Source: an uncultured Methanoregulaceae archaeon | Lineage (GTDB): Archaea; Halobacteriota; Methanomicrobia; Methanomicrobiales; Methanospirillaceae | Assembly: GCA_963717525.1 (NCBI GenBank) | Contig: OY970343.1 | Span: 1,504,001 to 1,568,000, forward strand | Reading direction: 5' to 3' | Length of the DNA: 64,000 nt | Notes under the pieces: generated by a model | Told to the model about the DNA's origin: nothing | The model's database searches: none | The model's input: only the letters and a program-made list of their open reading frames with translations | Shown here: piece by piece, positions 50,012 through 60,904 of the stretch | Position numbering within the stretch: position 1 is the first letter of the stretch | Layout of the letters: every line of letters starts with the position of its first letter | Program-made: the position numbers and the translations under genes

Positions 50012-50720
50012 TTACCGGCGGCCTGACCGGTATATGGCCAGCCCGGCGCAGGCCAGCACCGCGATGACGGGTACCAGGGGCTGGAGGGGAACAGGTGACG
50101 GGGTCGTTTCCGCAGAAGGCGGGGCCGCGGAATACTGGGGCACAGGCACTGTCGGTTGCTCAGGGGGAGCAACCGGGAATGTCGGGGTCGGGATCTCGAG
50201 CTGACAGCGTCGGCGTCGGGGATACCGTGGTCCCGGAGTCATCCAGGTGCAATGTGTATGAGGAGATGCTGCCCGTGCGGGTGCCGGCGTCCTGCAGGTA
50301 CACTGAGAGCGTCTTGTACGTGTCGCTGCTGCCCAGATGCGAGTAATCAACCGGTTTCTGGGTCACGTACACGGTATAGGTCCCGGGATTGATCAGCTGT
50401 GCAAGCCGTGACGTATCCCATTGCATCGACCACTGCCCGCTGCTGTCAAGATCGACGACAGTGAACTGTCCCTGGTCTGCCCGCTGGGAGATATCGGTCA
50501 GGGTCACGCCATCGGTGGGAAGACCGGGGCCGGTCATGAAAAGGTACACCTGTGTGCCCTGGCTGGAGGAGCCATGCAGGTCGATGACATCCCCAAGGTA
50601 GCCGGTATAGTATGCGTCGGCGGCACAGGCGCCACCTACCAAAAGGCAGGTCGCCATACAGATCGCCAGAACAACGGTGGTTCCGAAACGAGGGAAAAAG
50701 GACGGGTGCACCGGGGTCAT
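50012..50720 (-). CDS. Secreted surface protein with Pro/Thr linker and C-terminal anchor; apparent +1 frameshift near 50204
   Basis: Signal peptide and GD.IDLHG...VYLFMTGPGLP.DGV...PGTYTVYV domain; joins to the LEIPTPT...SPVPL.PL TM-basic tail. Confidence 0.75.
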
Positions 50721-50848
50721 TACTGGATATAAACCGCCGGGGGGTATATTTTTTGTGGGTCGGGGAAAAAGTCATCCCTGTACAAATATACGACGAAGAT
50801 GCCAGAAAAAAAAGAGAGCGGTGAGGGGAGCGGAATGTGCCTGAACTA

Positions 50849-51304
50849 TCAGTACAGGCGGTAGATGAAAAACCCGTCCTGGTAATGTTCGGCCTGGTCG
50901 TAGTCTGCGAGCAGGTTCTTGCGGTTCCCAAAGGAGAGCATCCGTTTCCTCAGGGGCTCCATCCCGCACGTATGGAGGACCAGTTTTTTGATCTCTTCGT
51001 TTGCCTGCCGGATCTCCTTTGTCTTGACCTTTCCCAGAAGGTCGGGAGGAGAGGCATCGATGTCAAAATAGGCAAAGAGCGACTCGAGGCAGATCAGCCA
51101 GAGTTTCTCCTGCACCGCGTTCTCTGCTGCCTGTGTTGCCTCCGCATCGGCAAGCACGAGATATGCTGCATCATTGCCGTGGAAAAAAGCCTTGAACCCG
51201 TACAGGTGGCCGTTTGAGATACGGAGCCCGGCTTTATCCACACCGAGGAACCGGGCGAGCACCTCACGTTTCTGCTGCATCACCGGATCCTGGCTCTTGT
51301 GCAT
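50849..51304 (-). CDS. Hypothetical protein
   Basis: Clean ORF in the intergenic gap, TTATA box upstream; ends LADYDQAEHYQDGFFIYRLY. Confidence 0.65.
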   Translation of the reverse strand: MHKSQDPVMQQKREVLARFLGVDKAGLRISNGHLYGFKAFFHGNDAAYLVLADAEATQAAENAVQEKLWLICLESLFAYFDIDASPPDLLGKVKTKEIRQANEEIKKLVLHTCGMEPLRKRMLSFGNRKNLLADYDQAEHYQDGFFIYRLY

Positions 51305-51461
51305 CTGACACCCCTGTACCACGAGATCGTGTATGTAGTGTGTGCACATTCAGCATGGATGTATAAGGTATTAAGCTACGCCGTTTACGCCCGCATCATA
51401 CCGGGGGTACCAGACACTAAAAAGGAGAGGAGGAGTTTTAGGGCGTCTTTTCACGATATTA

Positions 51462-52046
51462 TCAGACATCGAGGGCATCGAATCCCTGTTTTAACACCTT
51501 CCCAAACTGGACTCTGATCTTCGGGTCCTGGTTACAGACAGGACATTTATAATCTTCTGGAAGATCTTCGAACTTTGTCCCAGGCTTTATGCCATTGTGG
51601 GGTTCACCGCGTTTCTCGTCATACACGTACCCGCAGATCACACAGATGTACCGGGTGGGTACCCACTCGTCAAAACCCCATTTGCCGATCTTGCCCTTCC
51701 CCTCTAACCCGCAGACCGGGCAGACGTAGCTTTCGGGGAGGTCCTCAAAGGCTGTTCCCGCCGGGATACCGTGGTGCGGTTCCCCGCGGAGCGGCGAGTA
51801 TATGTAGCCGCAGAGCCGGCACTTGTACCGCTTCAGTTTGTAGGCCGGAATCTTTTTTGCCGGGGATTTTTTTACGGGCTTTTTCCCGGCAGCCTTTCCT
51901 TTTTTTGCCACGGTACTTTTCTTTACAACTGCAGCCTTTTTTGCTGGCACTGCCTTTTTCGAAAGTACCCGGGATTTTACCGGGCTTTTCGCCCGCTGTG
52001 CTGCTCTGGTTCCGGAAGATCCGGAAACTTTCTTTGTTCCTGGCAT
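51462..52046 (-). CDS. Tandem two-domain rubredoxin with Lys-rich N-terminal tail
   Basis: [10 protein letters not shown]...[18 protein letters not shown] and [11 protein letters not shown]...[20 protein letters not shown]. Confidence 0.92.
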   Translation of the reverse strand: MPGTKKVSGSSGTRAAQRAKSPVKSRVLSKKAVPAKKAAVVKKSTVAKKGKAAGKKPVKKSPAKKIPAYKLKRYKCRLCGYIYSPLRGEPHHGIPAGTAFEDLPESYVCPVCGLEGKGKIGKWGFDEWVPTRYICVICGYVYDEKRGEPHNGIKPGTKFEDLPEDYKCPVCNQDPKIRVQFGKVLKQGFDALDV

Positions 52047-52252
52047 GGGTGTTCTCCGGACCGGGCGGTCCGGGCCTCCTCTTAGTCTGGCCCGGTACAC
52101 ATCCGTTCTAACGGATGATAGCCACTACAGGCTATTATATATTATGAATAATGCAAACGGATCGACAGGAATTATCAATGTGTCCCATACTCTGCACATA
52201 CCAGTCATCCCGGATCCACCTCCCGGACTAAGCCCCTAAAAGGAAAACATCC

Positions 52253-53413
52253 ATGGCACAAACGACCTCCTACCGTCGATCTCTCGGCCTCCTTGAGCTG
52301 GTAAGCCTGGGGGTCGGGGGGACAATCGGCTCCGGCATCTTTGTCGTCCCGGGCATAGCCGCGCGGCTCACCGGTGTCTGGTCGCTTGGCGCATGGCTGA
52401 TCGTCGCTGTCTCCGCATCCTGCGTTCTTTTCTCTCTTGCCTCGGTATCTGCCCGGTTCACGGACTCGGGGGGTTTCTACTCCCTCTTCGAATCTGTCTT
52501 TGGCCGGAAGATGGCAGCACCGTTGATCGTCATCTACCTCGTTTCCTCAGTCTTTGGGATCTCGACTATTGCCGCCGGGATCGGCCAGTATATCGGCTAC
52601 TTCGGGCTTTCGCAGGTACTTGTCATAGAGATCGGGATCATCGCCGGGTTCTGCTGCATCAACATCATCGGGATCTCCCTTGCAGGAAAGACCGAAACCA
52701 TCCTCACCCTTATCAAGATCGTCCCGTTGATCCTGATCGCGCTCCTTCTTCTCCCGTTTGTCAGGATGGAAAACCTTGCTCCTGCGGCCCCGCTCACCGC
52801 CGCCGGCCTGCTTGCGACGGTGATTATTGTGTACTGGCCGTTTACCGGTTTTGAGATCAGTGCCATTCCTGTCGAGGAGACCATGGATCCCCGGCTCATT
52901 AAAAAATCCCTGATCTGCGTGATGGCGATCGTCGTCTCGGTCTATCTCCTCCTCAACATCGCACTGATCGGGAGTGTCGGTTCTGCCGTACTCGCCGCGT
53001 CACCTGCCCCGGTTGCAACCGCTGCCGCGCTTGTTATAGCGGATGCAGGACCTTTCGTGGTCTGTATCGGTATTGTTGCCATGCTCTCGGCGATCAATGC
53101 GTATATTGTCGGCACGTCAAGGATCCTCCAGAACCTCTCGGCCCGGTTTCGCATCCCCCGGCTCCGCGAACTGGGTGGCCGGGGCACACCGATCTATGCG
53201 CTGATTGCCGGGTGCGGCATTGCCGCAGCACTCCTGCTCTTCTCCAACCACTTTGATGAGCTCGCAAGCATCTCCGTGATCACGACCCTGATCCCCTACC
53301 TGTTCTTCTGCATCGCCTCATGGATCCTTGTTAAGGAGACGCGGATGCGGGTGGTATCAGCGGCAGGAGCCCTTTCCACGTTCGCCATCCTGATCCTCTA
53401 TTTTTTGTTGTGA
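52253..53413 (+). CDS. APC family amino acid permease
   Basis: GGTIGSGIF..PG, SGG.Y, FTGFE...P.EE..DP; multiple TM helices. Confidence 0.92.
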   Translation: MAQTTSYRRSLGLLELVSLGVGGTIGSGIFVVPGIAARLTGVWSLGAWLIVAVSASCVLFSLASVSARFTDSGGFYSLFESVFGRKMAAPLIVIYLVSSVFGISTIAAGIGQYIGYFGLSQVLVIEIGIIAGFCCINIIGISLAGKTETILTLIKIVPLILIALLLLPFVRMENLAPAAPLTAAGLLATVIIVYWPFTGFEISAIPVEETMDPRLIKKSLICVMAIVVSVYLLLNIALIGSVGSAVLAASPAPVATAAALVIADAGPFVVCIGIVAMLSAINAYIVGTSRILQNLSARFRIPRLRELGGRGTPIYALIAGCGIAAALLLFSNHFDELASISVITTLIPYLFFCIASWILVKETRMRVVSAAGALSTFAILILYFLL

Positions 53414-53482
53414 GCCCACGGGCACGTTTGACAAAGCCCGCGAATTTATCCATCAACACCGCACATGATCTGAAGGAGAGCT

Positions 53483-54088
53483 ATGGCAGACCTCGTTTCA
53501 GGTGTAATCTATGCGTTTGCGGCGCTCTTTGTGATTCTCGATCCGATCTTATCGGTCCCGATCTTTGCAGGCATGACAAAAGGGCAGTCACCACGGGAGA
53601 TTCACAAGCAGGCATTCATCGCGGTCGCCGTCGCCGGCGTGCTGATGTATATCTTCCTCATCTTCAACACGACGATCTTTAGTATCCTTGGCCTGACGTT
53701 ATCCACCTTCCAGATCGCTGGAGGGATCCTGTTGTTCCTTCTGGGGATGCAGATGGCGCTTGGTCTGGATATCTGCAGATCCAGGGAACAGGCACCCTCG
53801 GCAGCCGGTGTTGTTATTGGTACTCCGATTCTCTGCGGCCCCGGCGCGATAACAACCGTGATGCTCCTGTCAAATGATTATGGCATCCTCATCCCGTTTA
53901 TTGCCATCACCCTCTCGCTTGCGGCGACCTGGGTAATCCTGTATTTCTCTGCAGGTATCCAGAACCTTCTCGGGACTGTCGTCACGGATATTATGGGGAG
54001 AGTGCTGGGTATGCTCGTTGCTGCCATTGCGATAAAGATCATCTTCTCCGGGATTATGGGAACACTGGGCCTCACCCTTCCTCTCTGA
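53483..54088 (+). CDS. marC: MarC family protein
   Basis: LFVILDP, FQIAGGILLF, TPILCGPGAITTV, R.LGMLVAAIA. Confidence 0.92.
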   Translation: MADLVSGVIYAFAALFVILDPILSVPIFAGMTKGQSPREIHKQAFIAVAVAGVLMYIFLIFNTTIFSILGLTLSTFQIAGGILLFLLGMQMALGLDICRSREQAPSAAGVVIGTPILCGPGAITTVMLLSNDYGILIPFIAITLSLAATWVILYFSAGIQNLLGTVVTDIMGRVLGMLVAAIAIKIIFSGIMGTLGLTLPL

Positions 54089-54233
54089 ACCGGAGAACTT
54101 TTTTTGGATCTGGATCCCTTTTCAAAAGGTACGTTGACCACGGTGACCTTGTAATAAATGATCCTTCGGCAGGATCGACCCGGGGATGTTTGAACAGGGA
54201 TAAAAAAAAGCCGGATGGATCAGGGAATCCGGT

Positions 54234-55121
54234 TCAGCGTTTGAGCGACCAGACCTCGACCATGTGGTTGGGGTGGTACCGCACCTTGGCCTCGCGGAGG
54301 CCGGCGACACCGAGATCGCTCTCCCGGTTGATGTACTCCACTTCTTTTGCCAGCACCGCGGCGGTCTCCTTGTTGATCGCCTTGTAGATCCCTTCACAGT
54401 CCGGCAGCCCTTTCTCGAAATGGACAAGAGCCGTATCTGCATTGAGGCGCTCAAAAAGAGAGATGGCTGCGACCTGGGAATTGACCCGGATCAGAAGGCC
54501 ACGTAGCGATAGTTCGGTGAAATGCTCGATGGCAAAAAAGACCGCTTCTTTCTCGTGGGCAAGCACGAAATCGTTCTCGCACCCCTTCCACTCGCACCAC
54601 TTCACCAGGAACTCCATCACTTCCCCCCGGTTATCGGCCGTGATCGGCTCGACCGTGTGGGAGCAGTTCTTCCGGAATTTGTTGATCTGGCTGCGGATCT
54701 TGAGGTAGTTCTTTCCCGGGAGTTCCGCAAGGTCGGAGGCACGGTACACGTATTCAAAGTGGTTCCGGTCCGGGACAAGCGTGAGGGTGGAATCGAGCTC
54801 GCGTATCCACTGCGCTGTTGCCGGGTCGATGAGGACGATCGGGGTATCATCGCCTATCTCCAGCGCAAAGCGGACCAGGTCTTTCATGAGCATAGGGTCC
54901 CGGGGACCGATGGGGGGCCGGAACCGGGTCACCCCCGCAAGGGTACTGGCGAGAATGACATTCCCGTTGACGTACGCGTAACGGTACTGGGCGATCTGGT
55001 TCCAGCAGACCATATTCGTGAACGTGTTGTCGCTGTGGGACTGGGGATACAACGTATAATGGCGCTCGAAGAACGCCCGGTCGGCAAGCGTCACCGGCCG
55101 GAAATCTTCCTGCCGTAACAT
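54234..55121 (-). CDS. DUF2156 (aminoacyl-phosphatidylglycerol synthase C-domain-like) protein
   Basis: FTNMVCW, EYVY...DLAELPG, VHFEKG.....GIY..IN, YINRESDLG..GLREAK..YHP. Confidence 0.88.
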   Translation of the reverse strand: MLRQEDFRPVTLADRAFFERHYTLYPQSHSDNTFTNMVCWNQIAQYRYAYVNGNVILASTLAGVTRFRPPIGPRDPMLMKDLVRFALEIGDDTPIVLIDPATAQWIRELDSTLTLVPDRNHFEYVYRASDLAELPGKNYLKIRSQINKFRKNCSHTVEPITADNRGEVMEFLVKWCEWKGCENDFVLAHEKEAVFFAIEHFTELSLRGLLIRVNSQVAAISLFERLNADTALVHFEKGLPDCEGIYKAINKETAAVLAKEVEYINRESDLGVAGLREAKVRYHPNHMVEVWSLKR

Positions 55122-55546
55122 CAGGATTCATCCCCGTAGATCAGGGGGACATGCCCCTCCATCCGGGTAAACCCGAGCGGGCGGTAGAACTCCTCGGACC
55201 CGGGCCCGGCAATCAGGGCGATCCAGGAGATCCCTTCCTCACGGCAGCGGGAGACCAGCCGGGAGATGATTGCGGTCCCCAGGTCCCTGCCCCGGTACCC
55301 GGGGAGCACCACGAGATCCTGTATATAGGCATCCGATACCCCGTCCGAGAGCACCCGGCCCATCCCGACGGCACGGCCGCTCCTTTTTTCTGCTGCAACC
55401 ACGAACGCGAAACTCCCGCTGATAAGCGCGGGGATCTCGGCGGGATCGTATTCATCCTTCCACCAGCCGCCAGCCCGGTACAGCGCAATAATCTCTTCCG
55501 CATCCCATGAACGGACGAGCGCGATGCGGATATCCTCCGTGGTCAT
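55121..55546 (-). CDS. GNAT N-acetyltransferase
   Basis: VGMGRVLSDGVSDAYIQDLVVLPGYRGRDLG, FYRPLGF. Confidence 0.9.
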   Translation of the reverse strand: MTTEDIRIALVRSWDAEEIIALYRAGGWWKDEYDPAEIPALISGSFAFVVAAEKRSGRAVGMGRVLSDGVSDAYIQDLVVLPGYRGRDLGTAIISRLVSRCREEGISWIALIAGPGSEEFYRPLGFTRMEGHVPLIYGDES

Positions 55547-55637
55547 CGTTCGCAAACCTCCCGGATAAAATGACGGTAAAAGAGAAGATAAAACGTATGC
55601 TGCCGGCACCCGGGTTTCGCTGTCATCAGAAGACCAG

Positions 55638-56186
55638 TTATGCCGTCTTCCCGCAAGCAGCCTGTAACTGCCCGACCGCGGTATCGACAATAGCCCCGAG
55701 CTCGTTTACCTCCCAGTGTTCCGAGTTAAGGATGAGATGGTAGATGGAGAGGTCGTTGATATCAATATCATAGTACTGCCGGTACCGCACCGCTTCGCAG
55801 TGCTCGCGTTCGAGCGTGATCGCCTTTGCTGTCCCGATATCGGCGATCTGGTCGCGAAACACGATCCGTTCGAGCCGGCAGCCAATGGGAGCAAAGAGCC
55901 AGATCCTGAGATCCGCTTTTTCCACCATCCAGCCCGATAGCCGGCCCTCGACTATGATATTGTCTTTTTTCTCCGCGATCTCTTTTTGTCGGGCATCGAT
56001 CATCTTATCGTAGGCCGGGTCTTTCTCGGCAAGCCGGCCGAATTCGGCAAGCTCCATGTGGTGCTCTTTTGCACACTGCCGGAAGACCTCGCCCGCCGAG
56101 ATCATGGTAAACCCGTGGCGTTCGGAAAGATATCGTGAGAGCGAGGTGGTCCCGCTGCCGGGAAGCCCGCTCACGGTGATCCGCAT
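55638..56186 (-). CDS. cmk: Cytidylate kinase (archaeal)
   Basis: MRITVSGLPGSGTT, SAGEVFR, EGRLSGW, RY..YY.IDI.DLSIY. Confidence 0.95.
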   Translation of the reverse strand: MRITVSGLPGSGTTSLSRYLSERHGFTMISAGEVFRQCAKEHHMELAEFGRLAEKDPAYDKMIDARQKEIAEKKDNIIVEGRLSGWMVEKADLRIWLFAPIGCRLERIVFRDQIADIGTAKAITLEREHCEAVRYRQYYDIDINDLSIYHLILNSEHWEVNELGAIVDTAVGQLQAACGKTA

Positions 56187-56797
56187 CAGATCCCCCCGAT
56201 ATTGAGGGCCTTTCTTATTACCTGGCTGATCGTGATCGAACAGATCATGTACCAGACCATCCAGGCAGGGATGACCCAGATAAGGGGGGCCGTCAGGTTC
56301 AGGGTGCCGAAATACGGGAAGGTGATCGTGTTGTTGATCTCGCTTAAGCGGTAGAGGAGCCAGAAGAAGATGGGGACCGTGAGGACGAGGATATAGCCCA
56401 TGGGCTTGAACTGCTGCTGGGAGAGTTCAAGCTGCTCCTTCATCATGCGATCTTTTTTCACGTCCAGTTTCTTGATCCGTTTTTCATCCTGGGAGAGCAT
56501 GGCTTCCCGGTACTCTTTCTGGAAATCCTTCATCCGGTCCTGGACATCCGTCATCCGCTCGTAATCTATCGTGTACTTCTGGATGATGGAGGAGTACAGC
56601 CCGGTCAGGGCGGAGAGGATCACGATCAGGATGAAGAAGGGGATCCCGAACTCGTTGACGAGCGGGGCAAAAACCCCGTCGATCCCTCTCCCGACATCCG
56701 TGCGCAGCCAGGGGACCGTGTAGGTCCACATCATGACAAACATGAAGAGCAACGCGACGTATAACCCGTACTTTTCCCAGAATTTTCCAAAATCCAT
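56186..56797 (-). CDS. DUF106 EMC3/TMCO1 (Oxa1 superfamily) membrane insertase
   Basis: TM, coiled coil, QFKPM...VPIF.W, W..WY.ICS...SQVIRKALN; conserved position after adk. Confidence 0.92.
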   Translation of the reverse strand: MDFGKFWEKYGLYVALLFMFVMMWTYTVPWLRTDVGRGIDGVFAPLVNEFGIPFFILIVILSALTGLYSSIIQKYTIDYERMTDVQDRMKDFQKEYREAMLSQDEKRIKKLDVKKDRMMKEQLELSQQQFKPMGYILVLTVPIFFWLLYRLSEINNTITFPYFGTLNLTAPLIWVIPAWMVWYMICSITISQVIRKALNIGGI

Positions 56798-56816
56798 GAA
56801 GCCACCTTACAAGGGA

Positions 56817-57389
56817 TTACCTGAGGACGTCTGCCATATCCGTCGCGGCAAGATCCAGCAGGTGATCGGCGTTGGTGATGATCCGTATAGTACATCCGGT
56901 CATCATAGCATAGGCCGCGGCGATAGACCGGTTGAACTGCTGGTGCTCGGCAATCGCCCGCGTACCTTCTTTGTCCCGGGTTCTTGTTTCGTCGGTCATG
57001 CGCCGCATGAGGATCTGGTCATTATCCGTTTCAACAAGGATTATCACGTCAGGCATGATCTCGCGGAGCACCCATTCGGGGAGCCCGGCGAGGTATCCCT
57101 TGGGGGTTTTCACCGAGGCGTGCGTGTCGATCAGAACATTACCCGGGATCCGGGCAATCGCCTGCGCCGCACGCTGCTGGAGCCGTTTCTGGTCGGCCCG
57201 GTCAAGCGACCGCATCTGATCGCGGTCCTGCACAAGTCCCTCGGTTTTGGCTACTTCGAACATGAAAGAACCAAAATTGATGGGCTGGTATTCCACACCT
57301 TCGCTTTTGAGCTTGGCCAACGCCTCGTTGACAACCGTGGTCTTACCGACCCCCGGCACACCCGTGATAATGACCTTTTTTCCTGCCAT
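56817..57389 (-). CDS. adkA: Adenylate kinase (archaeal)
   Basis: ITGVPGVGKTT, DRDQMR.L, DTH...KTPKGYLAGLP.WV. Confidence 0.95.
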   Translation of the reverse strand: MAGKKVIITGVPGVGKTTVVNEALAKLKSEGVEYQPINFGSFMFEVAKTEGLVQDRDQMRSLDRADQKRLQQRAAQAIARIPGNVLIDTHASVKTPKGYLAGLPEWVLREIMPDVIILVETDNDQILMRRMTDETRTRDKEGTRAIAEHQQFNRSIAAAYAMMTGCTIRIITNADHLLDLAATDMADVLR

Positions 57390-57407
57390 TCCTGTTCCCT
57401 TCATCAA

Positions 57408-58841
57408 TCATTCTTTGCCAAAGAACGTCCGCATGAACGGGTACATCTCCATGATCTGCTGGCTGGCGATCTCCTCGTACAGCCGGTACGTGATACTCAC
57501 GGTCAGTAACAACCCCGTACCGCTTACCGCACCGATGACACCAAAGAGGTTCGCGACAACACTGAGGATACCGATGAACACCCCGCCGATGATCGTGACA
57601 CGGGGGATGTACCGGTCGAGATACTTCTCCAGTACCTGCGGATTTCTCCGGTACCCGGGGATAGACATGCCGGACATCTGGATCTGCCGTGCGACATCCT
57701 TGGAATCGAGACCTGCGGTCTTGATCCAGAAGAGCGCGAAGATTGCGCCGCCGACCACCATGAAGGTGGTATCGATGCCCATCCGGAGGAGGACTTCCCA
57801 GGGCGCGTGCCCGAGACCGTACGCCCACCACATCCAGTCGGTGGGACCGTTGATAGGCGCAAGATAGTACATCAGGCCGGACTGGGGCGTTTGGCCGCTG
57901 AATTTCCCGAGAATGGTGATGCCGACGTTCGAGAGGAACATCCCCACCATCTGGATATTGGCCTGGAGCACCCTCACAAGGATCATCGGAAGGACGCTGG
58001 CATAGATCAGTTTAACCGGGAACCGGGCCCGGGCACCCCTCACCTGTGCATGGGCAAGGGGGATCTCGATGCGGGTGGATTCCACGTACACGATGATCAG
58101 GAAGATGATGATGGTTGTCGCGAAGGCCAGAAGATTCGTACCGAAATACTGGACGAAATTCGCACCGTCAAGCACAACCGCGAACAGGCGCGGGAAGAAC
58201 CCGACCGGGTAGGGGTCGCTGACTGCAGTCCAGTTGATGAACCCGTTGACAAGCGCCTGGGAGATACCGGCGATGATGAAGAGTCCGACACCGGAACCGA
58301 TACCCCACTTGGTGACCACTTCATCCATCAAAAAGACAAGGACGCCACCGATACAGATCTGGATAAAGATCAACAGCGAGACTGCAAAGAGATTGCCGCC
58401 GAAGAACTGTGCCGCGATGGTGGGATCGGGCTGCATGAACCCCCCGATAAGGTTGGGGGCGGCCTCGATCACGATCATGACGAGAATGAGGATCTTTTGG
58501 AGACCCATGTACATGACCTGTCCGCGGGCTTCGCTGGTGTCGATATGCAGGATATCGGCACCTTTCAGGAGCTGGAGGACGATGGACGCGGTAACAATCG
58601 GCCCGATGCCGAGGTGTACGATAGAACCGCTTGCACCGGCGAGCAGGGCACGCCAGGCCATGAAAACATCCTGCGAACTGGATGCAAGCCCGAACAGCGG
58701 GATATTCGTGAGCGCAAAATACAGGATTAAGATTCCCAGTGTCCACATCAGTTTGTTCTTGAAGTGGACATGCCCCTCCGGGCTCTTGACTGCGGGCATC
58801 GCAGCAAGAAGGGGTTCCATTCGATCCAGCAGGTCTCCCAT
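57408..58841 (-). CDS. secY: Preprotein translocase SecY
   Basis: LGIGPIVTASIVLQLL, KWGIGSGVGLFIIAG, IPGYRRNP, GTGLLLTVSI. Confidence 0.98.
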   Translation of the reverse strand: MGDLLDRMEPLLAAMPAVKSPEGHVHFKNKLMWTLGILILYFALTNIPLFGLASSSQDVFMAWRALLAGASGSIVHLGIGPIVTASIVLQLLKGADILHIDTSEARGQVMYMGLQKILILVMIVIEAAPNLIGGFMQPDPTIAAQFFGGNLFAVSLLIFIQICIGGVLVFLMDEVVTKWGIGSGVGLFIIAGISQALVNGFINWTAVSDPYPVGFFPRLFAVVLDGANFVQYFGTNLLAFATTIIIFLIIVYVESTRIEIPLAHAQVRGARARFPVKLIYASVLPMILVRVLQANIQMVGMFLSNVGITILGKFSGQTPQSGLMYYLAPINGPTDWMWWAYGLGHAPWEVLLRMGIDTTFMVVGGAIFALFWIKTAGLDSKDVARQIQMSGMSIPGYRRNPQVLEKYLDRYIPRVTIIGGVFIGILSVVANLFGVIGAVSGTGLLLTVSITYRLYEEIASQQIMEMYPFMRTFFGKE

Positions 58842-58865
58842 TATTTCACCAAAAAATCAGGTGTG

Positions 58866-59294
58866 TCAGACGACCTGCGCCTTTCCACCAGTCTTCTCGA
58901 TCTTTGCCTTTGCCTGAGCGGAGAATGCCGCTGCGGAGATGTTGAGTTTCCGGTTGACCTGGCCGCTGCCCAGCACCTTCTCGATACCGAGTTCGGCGGC
59001 GTTTATGACAACTGCATCTCCTTCCTGTCTGGCGATTCCCTGTGCAAGGAGGGAGGGCACGATCTGGTCGATAGTCCCCACATCCATTGAGGAAACGGTG
59101 ACAGCAGGGTTATGGAAGAACCCGTTCTTGCCAAAGACAGGTCCTCCCATTTCCATGTACCACTTGACAAAGTGGTGGGCATTGATGCCTGCGCGACCCC
59201 TTCCGCCGCGGTTGCCTGCACCCCGGCGGTTCTTGTGGGTTCCGCCGCCGCACGTCCGCGATCCGCGGTATTTTGAACGTTTGTTGGTTGGCAT
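58866..59294 (-). CDS. rpl15: 50S ribosomal protein uL15
   Basis: RGSRTCGGG.HKNRRGAGNRGGRG, KVLGSG, FSAQAKAKIE..GG. Confidence 0.97.
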   Translation of the reverse strand: MPTNKRSKYRGSRTCGGGTHKNRRGAGNRGGRGRAGINAHHFVKWYMEMGGPVFGKNGFFHNPAVTVSSMDVGTIDQIVPSLLAQGIARQEGDAVVINAAELGIEKVLGSGQVNRKLNISAAAFSAQAKAKIEKTGGKAQVV

Positions 59295-59298
59295 CTTT

Positions 59299-59760
59299 TC
59301 ACCTCATCTTATAGAGGAGAGTATTGATCTCCGGACCATAATAGCCAAGCGCTCCACCCTGTACAAATGTACGCTTGGTGGTCTTGTATCCTTTGCGCGG
59401 CGGGTGGAGCCGGAGGACCGGCTTGAGCCCCGGGATGTCCCGCAGCTTCGATTCTCCCTTCGCCAGTGCCTGTGCAAACTCGATGATGCTCGCATAGGTC
59501 GAATTGGACTTGATGTACTCGTCCGTCAGGGGATCATCACCGATGACACGTCCACGGGTCGAAAGCAGGGTTTCAAGGGTTGCTGCATCCACTTCGCCAT
59601 AGGCCACATAATCCTTTACCTTACGGATCATCCCGAGATTCTCGGGAGTGTCTGCCACGAGCACGCAGTGGTTGACGTGGTGCAGACGAAGCATCTTTAA
59701 GGTGTCTTTGATGTCCTTGCGTGTATTGACCACGCCGCGGACCTGCACGACTGCGTACAT
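59299..59760 (-). CDS. rpl30: 50S ribosomal protein uL30
   Basis: [36 protein letters not shown]. Confidence 0.97.
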   Translation of the reverse strand: MYAVVQVRGVVNTRKDIKDTLKMLRLHHVNHCVLVADTPENLGMIRKVKDYVAYGEVDAATLETLLSTRGRVIGDDPLTDEYIKSNSTYASIIEFAQALAKGESKLRDIPGLKPVLRLHPPRKGYKTTKRTFVQGGALGYYGPEINTLLYKMR

Positions 59761-60378
59761 TTATTCCGACCCCCCGGTACGGATCATGTTGGTCTCTTTT
59801 AACGCGTTGAATGTCGCCTTTGCGAAGTTAATAGTTGTGCGTGTCTGTCCGCGCGCAAAGGTCCAGACATCCTTGATCCCGGCAAGTTCGAGCACTTTCT
59901 TGCTGATATCACCGGTGACAAGGCCAATACCCTGCGGTGCGGGCTTGAGGGTGACCCGGACGCTGCCTGCAGTCCCTACAACTTGCATCGGGATGGAGTG
60001 CATAACGTTGCACCCGCATTCCCAGCTGCCGCACCCGCGGCGCACCTTGACAAGGTTCATCTTTGCCTTGGTGATCGCTTTCTTGATTGCGTCACCGACC
60101 TGGACGTCTTTTCCCTGGCCAAAGCCGATGTACCCGTTCCGGTTGCCGACAATCACAACAGCACGGAACTGGACACGGCGGCCCGAGTCGGTCATCCTCT
60201 GCATCATGGCGATGTCGAGGACCTCATCTTCGAGGTCCGGGAGGAACATATCCACGATCTCGGGTTCCTTGATCGGTCTGCCGCTCTCAAGGACCTGATC
60301 AATGTTCTTGATCTCACCTGATGCGACCAGCTTGCCAAGACCGGTGACCGGGCGCCATTCTGCCTTTTCGTATGCCAT
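59761..60378 (-). CDS. rps5: 30S ribosomal protein uS5
   Basis: [45 protein letters not shown]. Confidence 0.97.
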   Translation of the reverse strand: MAYEKAEWRPVTGLGKLVASGEIKNIDQVLESGRPIKEPEIVDMFLPDLEDEVLDIAMMQRMTDSGRRVQFRAVVIVGNRNGYIGFGQGKDVQVGDAIKKAITKAKMNLVKVRRGCGSWECGCNVMHSIPMQVVGTAGSVRVTLKPAPQGIGLVTGDISKKVLELAGIKDVWTFARGQTRTTINFAKATFNALKETNMIRTGGSE

Positions 60379-60903
60379 TTACACCAGCTCCTTCTTTATG
60401 GCGGCTGCCACCTGCTCGACATTCTTGACGATATCGCCGGCCTTCTTGTTGTAGGCCGCGATATGTTCACCCTTGAGCCGTTCCTCGGAAGGAATGATCT
60501 CCTCGCCGTACGGGATCTCGAGGCCTGCATCGACTGCCCCTTTGAGCGCGGCAAAGACACGTGCTCCGGGGGTTGCCCGGTTGAGCCCGATATCGAGGAT
60601 CGCGCGGTTCTGTCCGGCTTTTTTTGCCTTTGCGGCAAAGAGCATTCCGGTGAGGTATGCTGCAGGTGTGTTTGCAGTTGCCCCGGTGTATCCGTATTTT
60701 TCGAGTTCGGCAGAGTTGGCCGACACAATGGTCTTGTCCCCGTCCATCTCGGCGTTGACCAGCTGGACGATAATGTGCCGGTTGGTCCTGCGTACGACCA
60801 TGCGCGGCGCATCAGCGACAACGAGCTTGGTTCTCTGGTAATAATCGGTCCTGCCTTCTCTGCGTCTGCGGAAAGCGACAAAATATCGTGGTCCGGTCGC
60901 CAT
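60379..60903 (-). CDS. rpl18: 50S ribosomal protein uL18
   Basis: [45 protein letters not shown]. Confidence 0.97.
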   Translation of the reverse strand: MATGPRYFVAFRRRREGRTDYYQRTKLVVADAPRMVVRRTNRHIIVQLVNAEMDGDKTIVSANSAELEKYGYTGATANTPAAYLTGMLFAAKAKKAGQNRAILDIGLNRATPGARVFAALKGAVDAGLEIPYGEEIIPSEERLKGEHIAAYNKKAGDIVKNVEQVAAAIKKELV

Positions 60904-60904
60904 G

